This document shows, piece by piece, positions 15,110 through 28,659 of a DNA stretch of 64,000 nt. Position 1 is the first letter of the stretch; every line of letters starts with the position of its first letter. The notes below the pieces were generated by a model, which saw nothing but the letters and a program-made list of their open reading frames with translations, did no database searches and had not been told where the DNA came from. The DNA comes from Eledone cirrhosa (Eukaryota), in contig CAXHJY010001643.1 in assembly GCA_964016885.1 (NCBI GenBank), forward strand, positions 1,137 through 65,136, written 5' to 3'. Both the position numbers and the translations under genes were made by a program.

Positions 15110-15430
15110 TCGGTGGATGGGAAGTATTGGTACAGGGCAGGGCAACATGTTTGTGGCATGTAGTTACGGACTTTTAGGTTCTGAGCTCAAATCACGGCGA
15201 GGTTAGCTTTGCCATTCATCCTTACGGGGTCGGTCGATAAAATAAAATACCAGTAATGCACTGGGGTCGATTTAATTGACTTTCCCCTTCCCCTAAAATT
15301 GTTGGGCCTTGTGCCTATATCAGAGACCATTAGGTTGACTTTGCCTTTCATCCTTACGGGGTCGATAAAATAAAGTACCAGTAATGCACTGGGTAATTGC
15401 TGGCCTTGTGCCTAAAGTAGAAACAATTAT
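15110..15430 (+). mobile_element. Same SINE with duplicated 3' half
   Basis: Core occurs twice (about 15205 and 15335); ends GGCCTTGTGCCTAAAGTAGAAACAATTATT. Confidence 0.8.
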
Positions 15431-15765
15431 TGTATAAGAGGAGGAGAAGGGGATGGAGGTGGGCGAGAAGAAGAAGAAGAAGAAGAAGAAGAAGAGGAGG
15501 AGGAGATGTAGAATCTAGTGTAAGCTAGCGTATGACATAAGTATTTCATAATTGTAATTACTATTTCAAACATATATTTGTAGTCTTGAAGGGATATCAA
15601 TCAATTCTTTGTAGAAACAACTGTTTAGTAAGTTCTTAGAAACTTCCAGAAGGATAGCAGATATTTAATTAACAATTCTCTTGTCACTAAAGGCAATACA
15701 GATTTCATTAATTGCTCCGCGTGTATACACGCACCATTCTCATATACTTACATACAAACATATAC

Positions 15766-15844
<79 letters not shown>

Positions 15845-15969
15845 TGTATATATATATATATATATATATATGAATTGTATATATATATATAATATATATA
15901 TATATAATATATATATATATATATAATATATATATATATTTACATATATATATATGTATATATATATAG

Positions 15970-16001
<32 letters not shown>

Positions 16002-16006
16002 CATAC

Positions 16007-16037
<31 letters not shown>

Positions 16038-16064
16038 TACATATATATATATATATTTACATAC

Positions 16065-16133
<69 letters not shown>

Positions 16134-16178
16134 AATATACATATATATATACATATATATATATATATATTTACATAC

Positions 16179-16380
<202 letters not shown>

Positions 16381-16562
16381 ACATGTATGCATGTACGCAC
16401 TTATACGCACACACAAACTGAGCCAGACATATGAAATAATTGATAGAGTGTGTTTAATTATTTTTCTCACTGAGTCATTTTATTTCGTGTTTTGCTGACA
16501 AGCACTGCCTTCGTTGCGGTTTCGCTTCTCTATTGAAACCCTTTCATTATATTAACCATCAT

Positions 16563-16745
16563 AGGGCGGTGGATCGGCAGTATCGGTAGAGGATCGGACG
16601 CCATGCTTTGCAGCATAGAGTTACGGCCCTTTATGTTCTGAGGTCGATAAAATAAAGTACCAGTCACCCAGCGGGGTCAATTTCATCGACTTCCCCCCTC
16701 CCCCAAATTGCTGGCCTTGTGCCTATATAAGAAACCATTATATTA
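16563..16745 (+). mobile_element. Same SINE, internally deleted
   Basis: Head GGGCGGTGGATCGGCAGTATCGGTAGAG joined directly to GAGGTCGATAAAATAAAGTACC. Confidence 0.75.
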
Positions 16746-17186
16746 GCCATCACGAATATGCTGTGAGAAGGGGTGTACTGTTTATATTTCACTCTGTATA
16801 AAGAATATATTTTAACTTCAGTTTGGTTCGTTGATCTGTACCCATCGTTTGACGGCTTAACATTAAGAAGCTGTTGCAGCGAAAAACCGCGTAACTAGAA
16901 GTGGACTTGGCGAAATGGCTATTTAACGCAACACACAACACACAAAAACAAGATGATGTAGGACAGAACAAAGGAGAGACACAAAATAAAAACACAATCA
17001 CTGAGGAGGTCACACAATGTGTGATGAAAGAGCATTGACAATATATAAGCAACCATCCGGTTATTGATCCAGCCAACCGGAAATTTATCATCAATTGAAA
17101 TGAAAACCAACAGGTGCATGTGCTTTTATAGGCAGCATGACCCTCCCAAAGTATAACAATTAATATATGTATATATATAATATATA

Positions 17187-17231
<45 letters not shown>

Positions 17232-17232
17232 T

Positions 17233-17299
<67 letters not shown>

Positions 17300-17323
17300 T
17301 ACACACACACATATATATATATG

Positions 17324-17427
<104 letters not shown>

Positions 17428-17449
17428 TACACACACACATATATATATG

Positions 17450-17548
<99 letters not shown>

Positions 17549-17577
17549 GTATATATATATATGTATATATATATATG

Positions 17578-17645
<68 letters not shown>

Positions 17646-18050
17646 TATATACATATATATATAAATATATATGAATATATATACACACACATAAATATAT
17701 ATATGTACGTATATATATTTACATATATACGTATCTATATATATCTATATAAATGCACGCACATATACATGTATGTACACATATACACATCGACATGGAG
17801 GTATAACTTACTTCTAAAAGATATGTGAAGTGGAATATAAGGAAACTTATATAACCTCGGATTACTTTCTAAGTTACCTGCATCTCGAATATAATTCGTG
17901 AGACAGGTAATATAGAGAATGAGACTTGGCAGGTAGAGCTGTAGATTAGGAATGACAACAATGAAGGCGAGGAGTGGCGTTGCTAGATAGCATTTTTTGT
18001 AAGTAGAGAGAATATATATATACGTACATATACATATATATACATATATA

Positions 18051-18130
<80 letters not shown>

Positions 18131-18162
18131 CATACATATATATATATATGTTTGTAATCTTT

Positions 18163-18438
18163 TCATTTCACTGCTACCTTTTCTTGATTATAGGAGCTTA
18201 CAGACATTTTTGAATTTGCAGCTGAAGTTGGTAATTTAACCTGGTCCAGTATCCACGGGCTGTTTAATATGTCATGTATCTTCAACCGTGACTCGGGTTC
18301 TGGATATAAAATCCCCTTTATGAGATTTTTGCAAGCACGCGATATATTCCTTTTTTTTCTGAAATTAAACCTCTGGTGCAACTGGTCAGCTATGGCTTTC
18401 TTAATATTGCTGTCATCAAATGGCATTGCGGCACATAT
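18163..18438 (-). CDS. TSSK: TSSK-family kinase, exon 4 (terminal)
   Basis: TTCTTCAG|ATA acceptor. Translates [49 protein letters not shown] (kinase subdomains X-XI; MPFDDSNI is TSSK-typical). Spliced total 306 aa. Confidence 0.93.
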   Translation of the reverse strand: MCAAMPFDDSNIKKAIADQLHQRFNFRKKRNISRACKNLIKGILYPEPESRLKIHDILNSPWILDQVKLPTSAANSKMSVSSYNQEKVAVK

Positions 18439-19324
18439 CTGAAGAATAAAAATACCTCTAGATAAAATGCCACCTAAAATGTTTGACAAATATACTGAAA
18501 ATATATACCAAATGATGTAAAACTAGTTGATTTTCGTTTAAATCGTGATTTTTTTTGTCAACTAACCAGACTGGATTCCAAAAGTGTCAGGAACGCTGGG
18601 GTCGGTGTATTGCTGCTCAAGGTGACAATTTCGAAGGAAATGATGTTAAGACCAAGGAAAATATATATTCCACGAATTTCTGATACTATCTCGTATATTT
18701 AACAAAAATTATATAGTCTATTCTACAATAAAACCTACTTCATATTATGTAATATGAATGTATATATTAGAGAAAAAGTATTCACTATTCATAGTTAAGT
18801 TTAGTACTTCGTCTGAACGACTCTAAAGAAGTGTGTTATTTACGCAGCAACAGATAGCTTGGAGCAATTGCTCTCAGAATATTGGAACAGAAAATAACCT
18901 CCTGTTCGTATTTTGTCTTTGTACAATTAAACAAATCAGGGCCTCTAGGTTTCATAAGAGAGAACTGTGAGACAAATCACAACTCCTTGGTTATATTTAA
19001 AATGGAGGCTTCTGATAAACGTTAGAACAGAGTAGTCATGCTAAATGACCCAAAACTAAGAGAGGTGCTAAATTAGTTGACAGATTATTTCTACAATCAT
19101 TTACGAACATCCTCCACTGAAATATTGCTCTTGGAAATGTTCCTCTTGTTTAACAAATGTAATTAAATATATAATAGTGGTCGTTAATGTCCCCCCCCCC
19201 CCCCAACCAAAAAAGGGACAACATAATTGTGAATAGGTTTCTACCAGAAACAAACTATTCAAGACCTTACCAGTTTCACAAGTTTCAGTATTTTCAAGTG
19301 TTAAGAGAGAAGGAAAGATATGTG

Positions 19325-19732
19325 GCTATGCGAGTACTGACATACGGCGTTTCTTGAGCAATTTAAATCTGGCAAAGCCCATCCCTCTCCAGGCCTGAGT
19401 ACAGCAGATTTCTTCCAGAGAAGGATAGGAAGTGAGAGAGAGGAAATGAGAAAGAGTTATAGAAGAAGAATTGACCCCAGTACTAGGCTGGTACTGTATA
19501 TATATATATATATATATATATATGGAGGGACAGGGTGAGAGAGGGGAAATGAGAAAGAGATATACAGGAAGAATCGACTCCAGTACTAGACTGGCACTTT
19601 TTTTTATCGACCTCGAAAGGATGAAAGGCAAAGTTGACCTCGGTGGGATTTGAACTCAGAGAGTAGAGAGCCGGAATGAATACCACAAAGTATTCTATCT
19701 GATGTTCTAACGACTCTGACAATTCGCCGCCT
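19325..19732 (-). mobile_element. SINE subfamily with extended 3' region, TSSK intron 3
   Basis: Core reverse complement at about 19590-19660; extension GACATACGGCGTTTCTTG..TGAGTACAGCA shared with 22705-22980. Confidence 0.7.
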
Positions 19733-19796
19733 ACACATACTACTTATGTTATATACAATTGATAGACTTATTAATTTTTGGTAACGAAAACATTAC

Positions 19797-20004
19797 CATA
19801 TTGTAAAGAATCACGCCTAGGGCCCATAGATCATGTAGAACAGGGTTGTACGGGATTCCTTGTAATATCTCTGGAGGTGCATATGCAGCACTGCCACAGA
19901 ACGTCTTCAACAAATCGTTTGTTTGGAAGTACCTGGCAAAGCCAAAATCAGTCAGTTTAATGTTGTTTTCACCATCTAACATAATGTTTTCACATTTCAG
20001 GTCC
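19797..20004 (-). CDS. TSSK: TSSK-family kinase, exon 3
   Basis: Pyrimidine tract then CAG|G, completing the Arg of HRD. Translates [52 protein letters not shown], then GTAATG donor; 208 nt, phases match neighbours. Confidence 0.95.
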
Positions 20005-21180
20005 CTGTTGGAAAAGAAAAAGAAAATCAGCAAACAAAGACAGTCACACGAAAGCGCATGCGCATGCACGCGAGTGCACATACACACACGTCTCCACACG
20101 AAAGTGGAGACACGCACCATACACGTACACATAAGCTAGCGCACATACAAACATACACATAAATCAACACGTACACACACACACACATGAACGAAAACAT
20201 AGTCACACATGCACACATAAATCAACAGACACACACACAACCCTCCCCCCATACAAACCTAACCAACACATAATCACACACAGTGACACCCTCATCCAAA
20301 CAAACACATACACATGTAAACCAAAACACACACACACACATGTAAACAGACACAGACACCTTCATCAAAACACACACATACACACACGTAAAGCAACACA
20401 CACACACACAGACACATTCATCGAAACACACACTTAAAGAGTACACAAACTGGTTTTCCCTGGCGATCTTCTTCTGTTTCATTCAACAATGACCAATCTA
20501 CTTCTGTCTTTGTTCCGTCCTTATCCAAGGCAAGCTACGTAGTTTCACATAAAATAATGTAGAATATGTTTAGATTCTCAAACTGTGAAATACACGTCTT
20601 TCTCAATGCACATCCAACATGTTTAATGTTACTTTAAGCTAGTTTTAGGATTCACAAGAGTAGGCTTTAGTTTACTTGGTCTTGTCAAATCTCATCAAAT
20701 CAGAATTAAAACTTCTTAAAAATAAATGCTATTAGTTGAGAAAAATATCTGCTTTTGCAAATCTTCGTATATTACTTGGTTGGTCGGACAATGAGATTCA
20801 AGGGAAAATCCTAGGATTTATCTCTTCTGTCTGTGTTTCAGTTATTACCATCGCTGACGAGGTTGGAGTCGACGTATGTATTTGATGGAAGCAACACGGA
20901 GTTTTATGATTTTGAAGCCAACTTCTGAAAAGCTAATCTCTACCTACACCTGCTCCCCCCCACACACATACAGTGCATTACTGGTACTTCATTTTATCAA
21001 CCCAGTAAAGATGAAAGGCAAAGCTAACCTCGACGGGATTTAAACGCAGAACGTAAAGGGCCGTAACTCCATGCTGCAAATAATAATAATAATAATAGCA
21101 GCTGCGCTATAGCAGATATCCATCGAATTATAAGAAGCAGCCAATATATATATATATATTTATATATATATGTGTGTGTG

Positions 21181-21243
<63 letters not shown>

Positions 21244-22704
21244 ATGTGTGTGTGTGTGTGTCGATCATACGCATCAGCAAGTTATAATGCAAGTTAGAAT
21301 CAATCTAAATATTTTAAGGAGTGTTTATTATTGGAGTCGCCCGAAGAACCAGTCTTTTGGATAAGGTACACCTAACTCTGCACGGTATCTTCCAGCATAT
21401 TATTTGTAACGGGATTTACCTATCACACATCCTTCACCATATGCACTTTTTTCCTTTAGACAATTTGCGGTTTAGCCTTCAAAACGATACATATTTGACA
21501 AGGTAAAATTTGACATGTGCTTCAAACGAGTTTGCAAAAGATATACGAAATTTTAAAAGAAAACCTACAGGCTTCACTCAAAATCATGTTCTCATTTTCC
21601 TTAGCTTCTAACGGTACATAAAGAAGTTACCATGAAAATAAATCGCCAGTGAGGCAATAACAAGCAAAAGAATAACTATAGACTAAGAAAGGTCCTGCTC
21701 CAGGATAAGATTAAGCTTGATGAGAAGTGTGTAGAGACCATTGTTAATACGATAGTGAAGTCATTGTGCTTCCACTGGAATAGACGTAATAAAAATGTTG
21801 CCTGACACAACAGCTCAGTCTACCAGAGTGAGGAAGGATTACGATTTACTTCATGCTTGGCAGAAATGCTCAGCAGGCGTGACCAAGAATCAGTATGATA
21901 AGAACAAGAAAAGATTTTCTATGCACTTTCTGGGGACCATTGCATGGTGAAGGTTGTTCAGGAAATCCTCTACAAACATGGAAAACACAAAACACAAGCA
22001 TATTCCTCAGTAATCGCCACCGGCTACACTATTTCCAATAGCTGATGATGATGATTAAAAACCAGACATTTTAGAAAAATCCTATTGTTCAGCACTTGCT
22101 AGAAAAGTTCTGTTGTTTACACAGACAATGACGAATATAAACGCAACTACACACCTAGAAATAAAATATATCTGAAAAGACACTACTTATCCAGGTTGAT
22201 CATTCTGAGCTATTGCCCATAGAAAAAATATATGAAATGACCTGGTTTTTCATGATCCATATTACTTCTATATACATTCATACCTTTTATTCAGCGACAA
22301 CTAAAGTAAAAGCAACTTAAACGGATAAACTGTCTGATACAGCTTAGATAACTTACATTTCATTTCTACTTTCTTACGATTGCGAATATCACCAGAAAAT
22401 AGACATATTAACAATATTGATTTAGGTGAACCTTCATTAATTGTATTCTTAAAACCATTTATTGCATGAATTAAAAAAATGATAAAACGCATTTCTGTTC
22501 TATTTCAAGGAGCCAAGAAGTTTTCAATAGGAATATTCAACACAGTATTAATCATGTAAGTTATGTAGCATCATTCGTCATGCGCTTACGTCAACTATAT
22601 ATTAGAAAAGTCCTCACAGTATTTTGTACCAGAAACTTAGACAATTCTCCACCACAGTATGCTATGGTATAGTCCCGTAACTCATGATAGAGTCGTATGG
22701 GCAC

Positions 22705-22980
22705 CCTATTGACATATGGCGTTTCTTGGGCATTTTAAGACTGGCGGAGCCCATCGCTCTCTAGTCCTGAGTACAGCATATTTCTTCCAGAGAAATATAG
22801 AATGTGAGAGGAAATGAGAAAGAGCTATAGAGGACGAACCGACCCCAGTACCAGACTGGTTCTTTTTTAATCGACCTAAAAAGGATGAAAGGTAAAGTTG
22901 ACCTCGGTGGGATTTGAACTCAGAGAGCAGAGAGTCGGAACGAAGACCATAAAGCATTCTATCTGACGTTCTAACGAATT
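22705..22980 (-). mobile_element. SINE subfamily with extended 3' region, TSSK intron 2
   Basis: Colinear with 19325-19732. Confidence 0.7.
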
Positions 22981-23284
22981 GATAATCCAAGTGTACAATC
23001 GGAATTGATGGAGATGCCCTATAGAAAAAGGCTTTCAAATTATAACAATTCTATTTCGGTTTAAGCATTTAATTTTCCAAATATATACTTGTGTGGTTTG
23101 AGTAAGATTCAACTGCTTTATCCAGTAGATCGAATGGACGTATAGAAGCTTCTGTTGGTTTAGTCCAAACCACATGTCGCTACATCTCATAATGGAAATC
23201 ATTACAATGGGTTTATTTTACATTACAGAAATCTAAAATTATAATGTCAAATAGTTTCTATTTCAAGACACTCTACATCTCACT

Positions 23285-23545
23285 ACACATGTGATATCTC
23301 CACACTATCTTTTCTATCTCTTTCATGGTGTCTGCCTCCCCGAATTGGCTGCATTTCTACGACATTTCTTCGCAGTAACTCATGTTTATTTCCTTCTCTC
23401 GTTATACACATTGTATCTTGTCCACTCGGCACTAACCATTTCCTCCAACCTATTCTTCCTAAACTGTGACACATCTGCAACTGAGACCCTCACCCTATTT
23501 TCATCCCACGGTCAATGTTTAACATGAACAGCAACCCTATCAACC
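23285..23545 (+). mobile_element. Degenerate CR1/Jockey-group LINE 3' ORF fragment in TSSK intron 2
   Basis: LFYLFHGVCLPELAAFL..RTNHF.. resembles the YR..HG.C..EL...RT..F..SF.P..WN.LP C-terminus; frameshifted. Confidence 0.45.
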
Positions 23546-23579
23546 ACTCCAGTATCAATAGCATAATTATAACACTTAC

Positions 23580-23728
23580 CTGTGCACTATGAAGTTTGAA
23601 TGAAGATAATTTACTGCATTAACTATGGGGAGGTACATTTTTCTGGAATTCGCTTCGCTTAAACTGCCTCTCAAGTTGATATACTCCAGCAGTGTGCCAT
23701 GACTCGCAAATTCCATGATGATAAATGT
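23580..23728 (-). CDS. TSSK: TSSK-family kinase, exon 2 (not in ORF track)
   Basis: CAG|ACA acceptor. Translates TFIIMEFASHGTLLEYINLRGSLSEANSRKMYLPIVNAVNYLHSNFIVH-R. Ends AG|GTAAGT; 149 nt, phase 2. Confidence 0.93.
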
Positions 23729-24984
23729 CTGTGATTAGAGTTATGACACATCATTGGGTTTACACAAGCCAGAAAAATTAAACTTATAATAAGATATATG
23801 ACAAGATTATTATTCATCACATGTGCAAATAACACTGACAGACGAATACAATATGGAGGTGTTTATGTAGACGCCCAACTTGGGACAAAAGTCAATGTTT
23901 ACCCTACACTCTTATGAAAGGATACGGTAGTAAATATAGACTTGCGTCTCTTGCATATAGAAACATGTTTCACATTTTACAGTTCCGTAAATATACTTGC
24001 AATTTCCCAGTGAGCCATGTTTTATTGACTGCAGGAAGATTAAATACAAAATTTGCTTCGGTGGAATTTGATCTCAGAACGTGACAACATGAAGTTAAAT
24101 GTTATCTGTCTATGTTCCCATTTCAAGATGGCGATATTATTTGAGTTGTTGATCTTCAGCCTGAGTTTGTCCCTGTCATTAATTAAGCAGAACTATGATA
24201 TAATCTAAGTTGTTTAGAAACAGATCAGTTCTGATTATGTAGAACTATGATATCATTTGAGTTGTCTAGCCTATATATCAGTTCTGATTAAGCCAAATTG
24301 ATTGAATCTATGACTATTGCTTATTTTTAGGAGGGACGTGGCTTAAACTACATACCCATTAAGTGTGTTCTTTAAGCAGTTATGGTATGATATTTTGGAT
24401 ACTATTTCTAATAGGTGGAGTGACAATGTTCAACTATCTTCAGCTCGCCACTGAACCCTGGAAGCAACTTTATTGTACGAAATTACATCGGAACGTTAGA
24501 ATGTGATACTTAGTGAAATAAGATGAGATGAAAGGTTGAATTATCTTGAATCACTGAATGAATTCCACGAGATGATATAAGATAGTTGAGTTGATAGGAT
24601 CTTTAACAGACGTGCTATCTATCACCAACACAATGAAAATTACTAATTCAATATGTAATATAATTTGAAATTATATGGTAATACCTATGGGCACGATAGT
24701 TAATATTTTGGACGAAGGAATATAATTTAGCTAGGTTAACTGTGGGGTTAAATTACGTGTTGTGACATAAATTACAACGAAAGGGAATTCAACATGGTGG
24801 GCTAAATTAAATGAGTTGATGATAGTGTCTTCATACCCTTACCATATGACCTTCATAATGGAAATATCTGATGCAATAATTTAGAATAGCAAATAATCCT
24901 CATACACAAGCACTCTCACACACAGGCATGTGAGTGTGGGGATATATTTTTGCTGCTTTACAGGGGGGAAATGAATGAACTAAC

Positions 24985-25272
24985 CTTTTTCTCAATCGTG
25001 AGTATCTCGTAAACAGCAGCTATATTTGGATGTGTAACCGCTTGGACTATTGCAATTTCTCTTGGTAAAAATCGATCTCTAAACTCAGCCGGAATTTTAT
25101 TCAAATCAATGATTTTGATAGCGACCTTTTTGCGCTCGTTTTCACTGAAGCCCAATTTAACTTTACTGTATGACCCATGACCGATAGTTGGACCAAATTT
25201 ATATCCGCTTATCTCTAGTTGGTTGTCTTCCGAATAGCGCGTTGATTTCTGTGTTTCCGCGTCAACATTCAT
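24985..25272 (-). CDS. TSSK: TSSK-family kinase, exon 1 (96 codons)
   Basis: ATG with an in-frame TGA three codons upstream. Contains Gly-loop GHGSYS, VAIK lysine and the TSSK-typical RFLPREI and HPNI. Ends AAG|GTTAGT (phase 0 donor). Confidence 0.93.
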
Positions 25273-25611
25273 GTTTAGTCATTTTGAGATTCAGTAATGA
25301 TGGTAGCTTTTCTAATTTGGGGGAGTCTTGTTGTTTTTGGTCTAAGGTTTTGATCTTTTTTGAAGAAATATTTCTGTCCCTTTTTCTAGTTATACGATCG
25401 AAAGTTTCGAAACGGTCGAAATTGCAACCAGAAAATCATTTCCCTTCCATATTTTTCAGTGAAACGATCGATAAAATATAAATAAATGAGAACATTTAAT
25501 TTAATAATTGATAGTAAAATGAAATAAAAAAAATTCTTCCTACTTTTAATTTATATTTTATTTTTCTTATTTTTTCTTTACGTATTTCCTCGTGGTTGTA
25601 TAACATTCATT

Positions 25612-25623
25612 TATGACGTCATA
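25612..25623. promoter_or_regulatory. Perfect CRE palindrome TATGACGTCATA about 340 bp upstream of the TSSK ATG
   Basis: TGACGTCA at 25614-25621, extended to a 12-bp palindrome, in CpG-poor surroundings 5' of the gene. Confidence 0.6.
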
Positions 25624-26274
25624 GCAAACTGTTGTCTTTGCGTACTGAGATTTGCCACAACATATCCATTTAGCGACCGTTATAGAAGAATATTATTTTT
25701 ACAATGTTTTGGTCCAATCGAAGGTATGAAAGAAATCCCTTGCTTAAGGTGGCAGTGGAATAAAGCATCTATGTGGGAATAAAATGTCGAACTCAGACCG
25801 TATATATTACATATACATTTAAATTTGTTCTAATCCTTCCGCCAATTTATCGCAAGTACTCATTAATGTCTTAGAATAGTTAGTATACTTGATTGATAAA
25901 TTTTATTTATATCCTGAATATATTATGTAAATACAGTTTAATAGAAAAAGAAAAAAAGAAAATTTAGATTGAGAAGAAAGAATGGAAATATAAAATAAGA
26001 AAATATAAAGAAAGAACGGAAAAGGGAGAGAATGGCAAGGATTCTAGTATCACTGAAGAATGTGGAGGGTGTTGATGATTGGGTTCTGAGTCCAGGGCGC
26101 GGGGTGATGGGGACAAGGGCATTAAAGCTTTCAACAAGTTATAGTTGAATCGGTGAGATGTTCAAATGGCAACGGCACACAACAGCAACAACATCACCAA
26201 CAACACTAACACCCCAACAAACACTCCCTCACCACAACGACCATCAACAGCAACAATCGGTGAATTGGCAGACA

Positions 26275-26460
26275 CCCTGCTTTTCTACACAGAGTTATGG
26301 CCCTTTACATTCTTACTTCAAATCCTGCCGAGGTTAACTTTGCCTTTCATCCTTACAGGGTCGATAAAATAAAGTACCAGTAATGTACTGGGGTCAATTT
26401 AATCCGACTTTCTCCTGCCCTAAAATTGCTGGCCTTGTGCCTAAAAGTAGAAACATTATT
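26275..26460 (+). mobile_element. Abundant SINE copy
   Basis: Core and 3' end present. Confidence 0.75.
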
Positions 26461-26614
26461 ATTATTATTATTATTGTTATTATTTCTTTTATTAGCCACA
26501 AGCACCTAAAACTTTTGTGACGATATAAGGATATAATTGTTTCCACCTTTGGCAGCAGGCCAGCAATGACCCCGTAATTAACCATAATTACCTAATTGTA
26601 GGCATTCTCCGAAT

Positions 26615-26932
26615 ACGAATAACCATTGCTTTGCATTTAGAAAGCTCCCCTCCGAGGCAGAAGCATGGGCAAGGTTGTTTGTGGAAGACCAGCAATTACC
26701 CATGTATACTGGTCTCCCCTCTCCTGGTCACCATGTTGACCAAGGAAAGGCAATGACTGATACAGCTAGACACCAGTGACCTCGTAGCTCATTTCTACAG
26801 CTGAGTTAATTGAAGCAACGAGCAATAATGTGTCTTGCTCAAGGACACATCGCATCATCCAATACGGGAATCGAACTAACAAATTATCGATTGCAAGCCC
26901 AACGATCTAACCACTAAGTCATGCACCTTCCT
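26615..26932 (-). mobile_element. Different tRNA-derived SINE
   Basis: Minus strand: A box TGACTTAGTGG, B box GTTCGATTCCC, then GTGTCCTTGAGCAAGACAC core. Confidence 0.7.
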
Positions 26933-27564
26933 AAATATACTAATTACGCACAAATTGAATATTCAAGACTGAATTTTACCAGAAAGTGGTATGTTATGAA
27001 AACGGCTAACATCTTTTAGATAGAAATTTAAATTATTAATATGACTTCATTGATAGTGAAAAAAACATAGCTCTAATTTGCTAATTCTATTTTATTTAAT
27101 AAGCAGCCAATTTTAATGAAACGTTAGTATATAGAAGTTATTCTTTCCAATTAATTATAGTTGGAATCAACTGAATTTCAGATTTATCTTCATATTGTTG
27201 AAGTACAATTAAAGTGGTTTGTATCCTTATTTTAATGAGTAACAGTTTGAAGAAAATAATCAACAGCAAGAAACAAAGAGGAAATAAAAATGAAATGAAA
27301 TGCGAAGGCCAATTAACAAACTCAACTAATAAACATTATTCAATTAGATAAATATAAATTTCTTACATCGTTTGGATGTCACATTTCTTAGGAGTCGTTT
27401 AAAGATTCACTAATAATATTAGTATAGAGACCCTTGAATTGTAAAGTTGCTGAGTTTGACATATTAGGAATAGAAATGTTTCTATGATGGGAGAAGTAAG
27501 ATAGGGATATAATGAGACACTTTGCTGTGTTACACAGTCTACTTCTCATTATATTGCATAGATT

Positions 27565-27890
27565 GGATTGTCAGTATCAGTAGAGGGTCGGACGCCATGC
27601 TTTCCAGCATAGTTACGTCCCTTTACGATCTGAGTTCAAATCCCGCCGAGGTTGACTTTGCCTTTCATCCTTACGGGGTCGATAAAATAAAGTACCAGTA
27701 ATGCACTGGGTAATTGCTGGCCTTGTGCCTAAAGTAGAAACAATTATATTGCATAGATTTAGGGTCTGAGTTCAAATCCAGCCGAGGTTAACTTTGCCTT
27801 TCATCCTTACGGGGTCGATAAAATAAAGTACCAGTAATGTACTGGGACAATTGCTAGCCTTGTACCAAAAGTAGAAACTATTATTATATT
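27565..27890 (+). mobile_element. Abundant SINE with tandemly duplicated 3' part
   Basis: CTGAGTTCAAATCC..GTAGAAAC occurs twice. Confidence 0.8.
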
Positions 27891-28122
27891 GTTTGGATTA
27901 AGGCCCATATGTAAATTTGGCTGAGATTTCTCATACAACATAAACGCACAAACACACATACACACAGATATATACATAAGTGGGCCTTTGTGTGCATATT
28001 TCAATCTAAATATATACATATATGTATTGGTATGTGTATATATATATATATATCCCGTGTTCAATCGGGGGTAACCACAGTAAGAAAGGTACTCAATACA
28101 TAGCAGAGTATAAATATTCAAT

Positions 28123-28188
28123 ATAGAAATGCCTTTCCTGATGATTTCTCCCGAATGAAACAGTTCTAGTCCTGTAGCAGCCATTTCT
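28123..28188 (+). ncRNA. Type I hammerhead ribozyme motif
   Basis: CTGATGA 28138-44; stem II TTC/GAA over a U.U pair; GAAA 28157-60; stem III CAG/CTG with loop TTCTAGTC; GUA cleavage triplet (after 28176); stem I AGAAATG/CATTTCT with an imperfect proximal part. Confidence 0.7.
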
Positions 28189-28197
28189 CTCTCTCTC

Positions 28198-28262
<65 letters not shown>

Positions 28263-28659
28263 GTATAGATATTGAGAGTCAGAGACTTACCTATAAACGT
28301 AAAGACAATTTGAGTGAGTGTACGTGCGCAGGAGCGTGTGTGCGTGTGTGCGCCTCAGTGTGTACGTGTTTGCACGTTCAGTGTATGTGTGTGAGTGTGT
28401 GCGCCTCAGTATGTGCGTGAGTGTACGTTCAGTGTGTGAGAGTGTGTGCGTGTGCGTACCTCAGTGTGCGTGTTTGCACGCTCAGTGTGTGCGTGCGTGT
28501 GTGTGTGTATGTGCGTGCGTGTGTGCGTGTGTGGGTGTGTGTGTGCGTGTGTGCGTGTGTGTGTGTGTGTATGTGCGCGTGTGTGTGCCAACGTTAAGGT
28601 AGAAACGCAGCCTGCATATTAGGTCGGTTCCATGCAGTCGTAAATGAAATTATACACAT

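Noticed and set aside
17872-17910. Small hairpin downstream of the TSSK stop
   Set aside because: Short and imperfect, with no recognisable RNA motif.
19749-20132. ORF-track starts for the kinase ORFs at 20132 and 18489
   Set aside because: The N-terminal parts are intronic; splice acceptors place the exon starts at 20004 and 18438.
26860-26932. tRNA-like A/B boxes
   Set aside because: SINE head with no complete cloverleaf; no true tRNA or rRNA gene was seen in the window.
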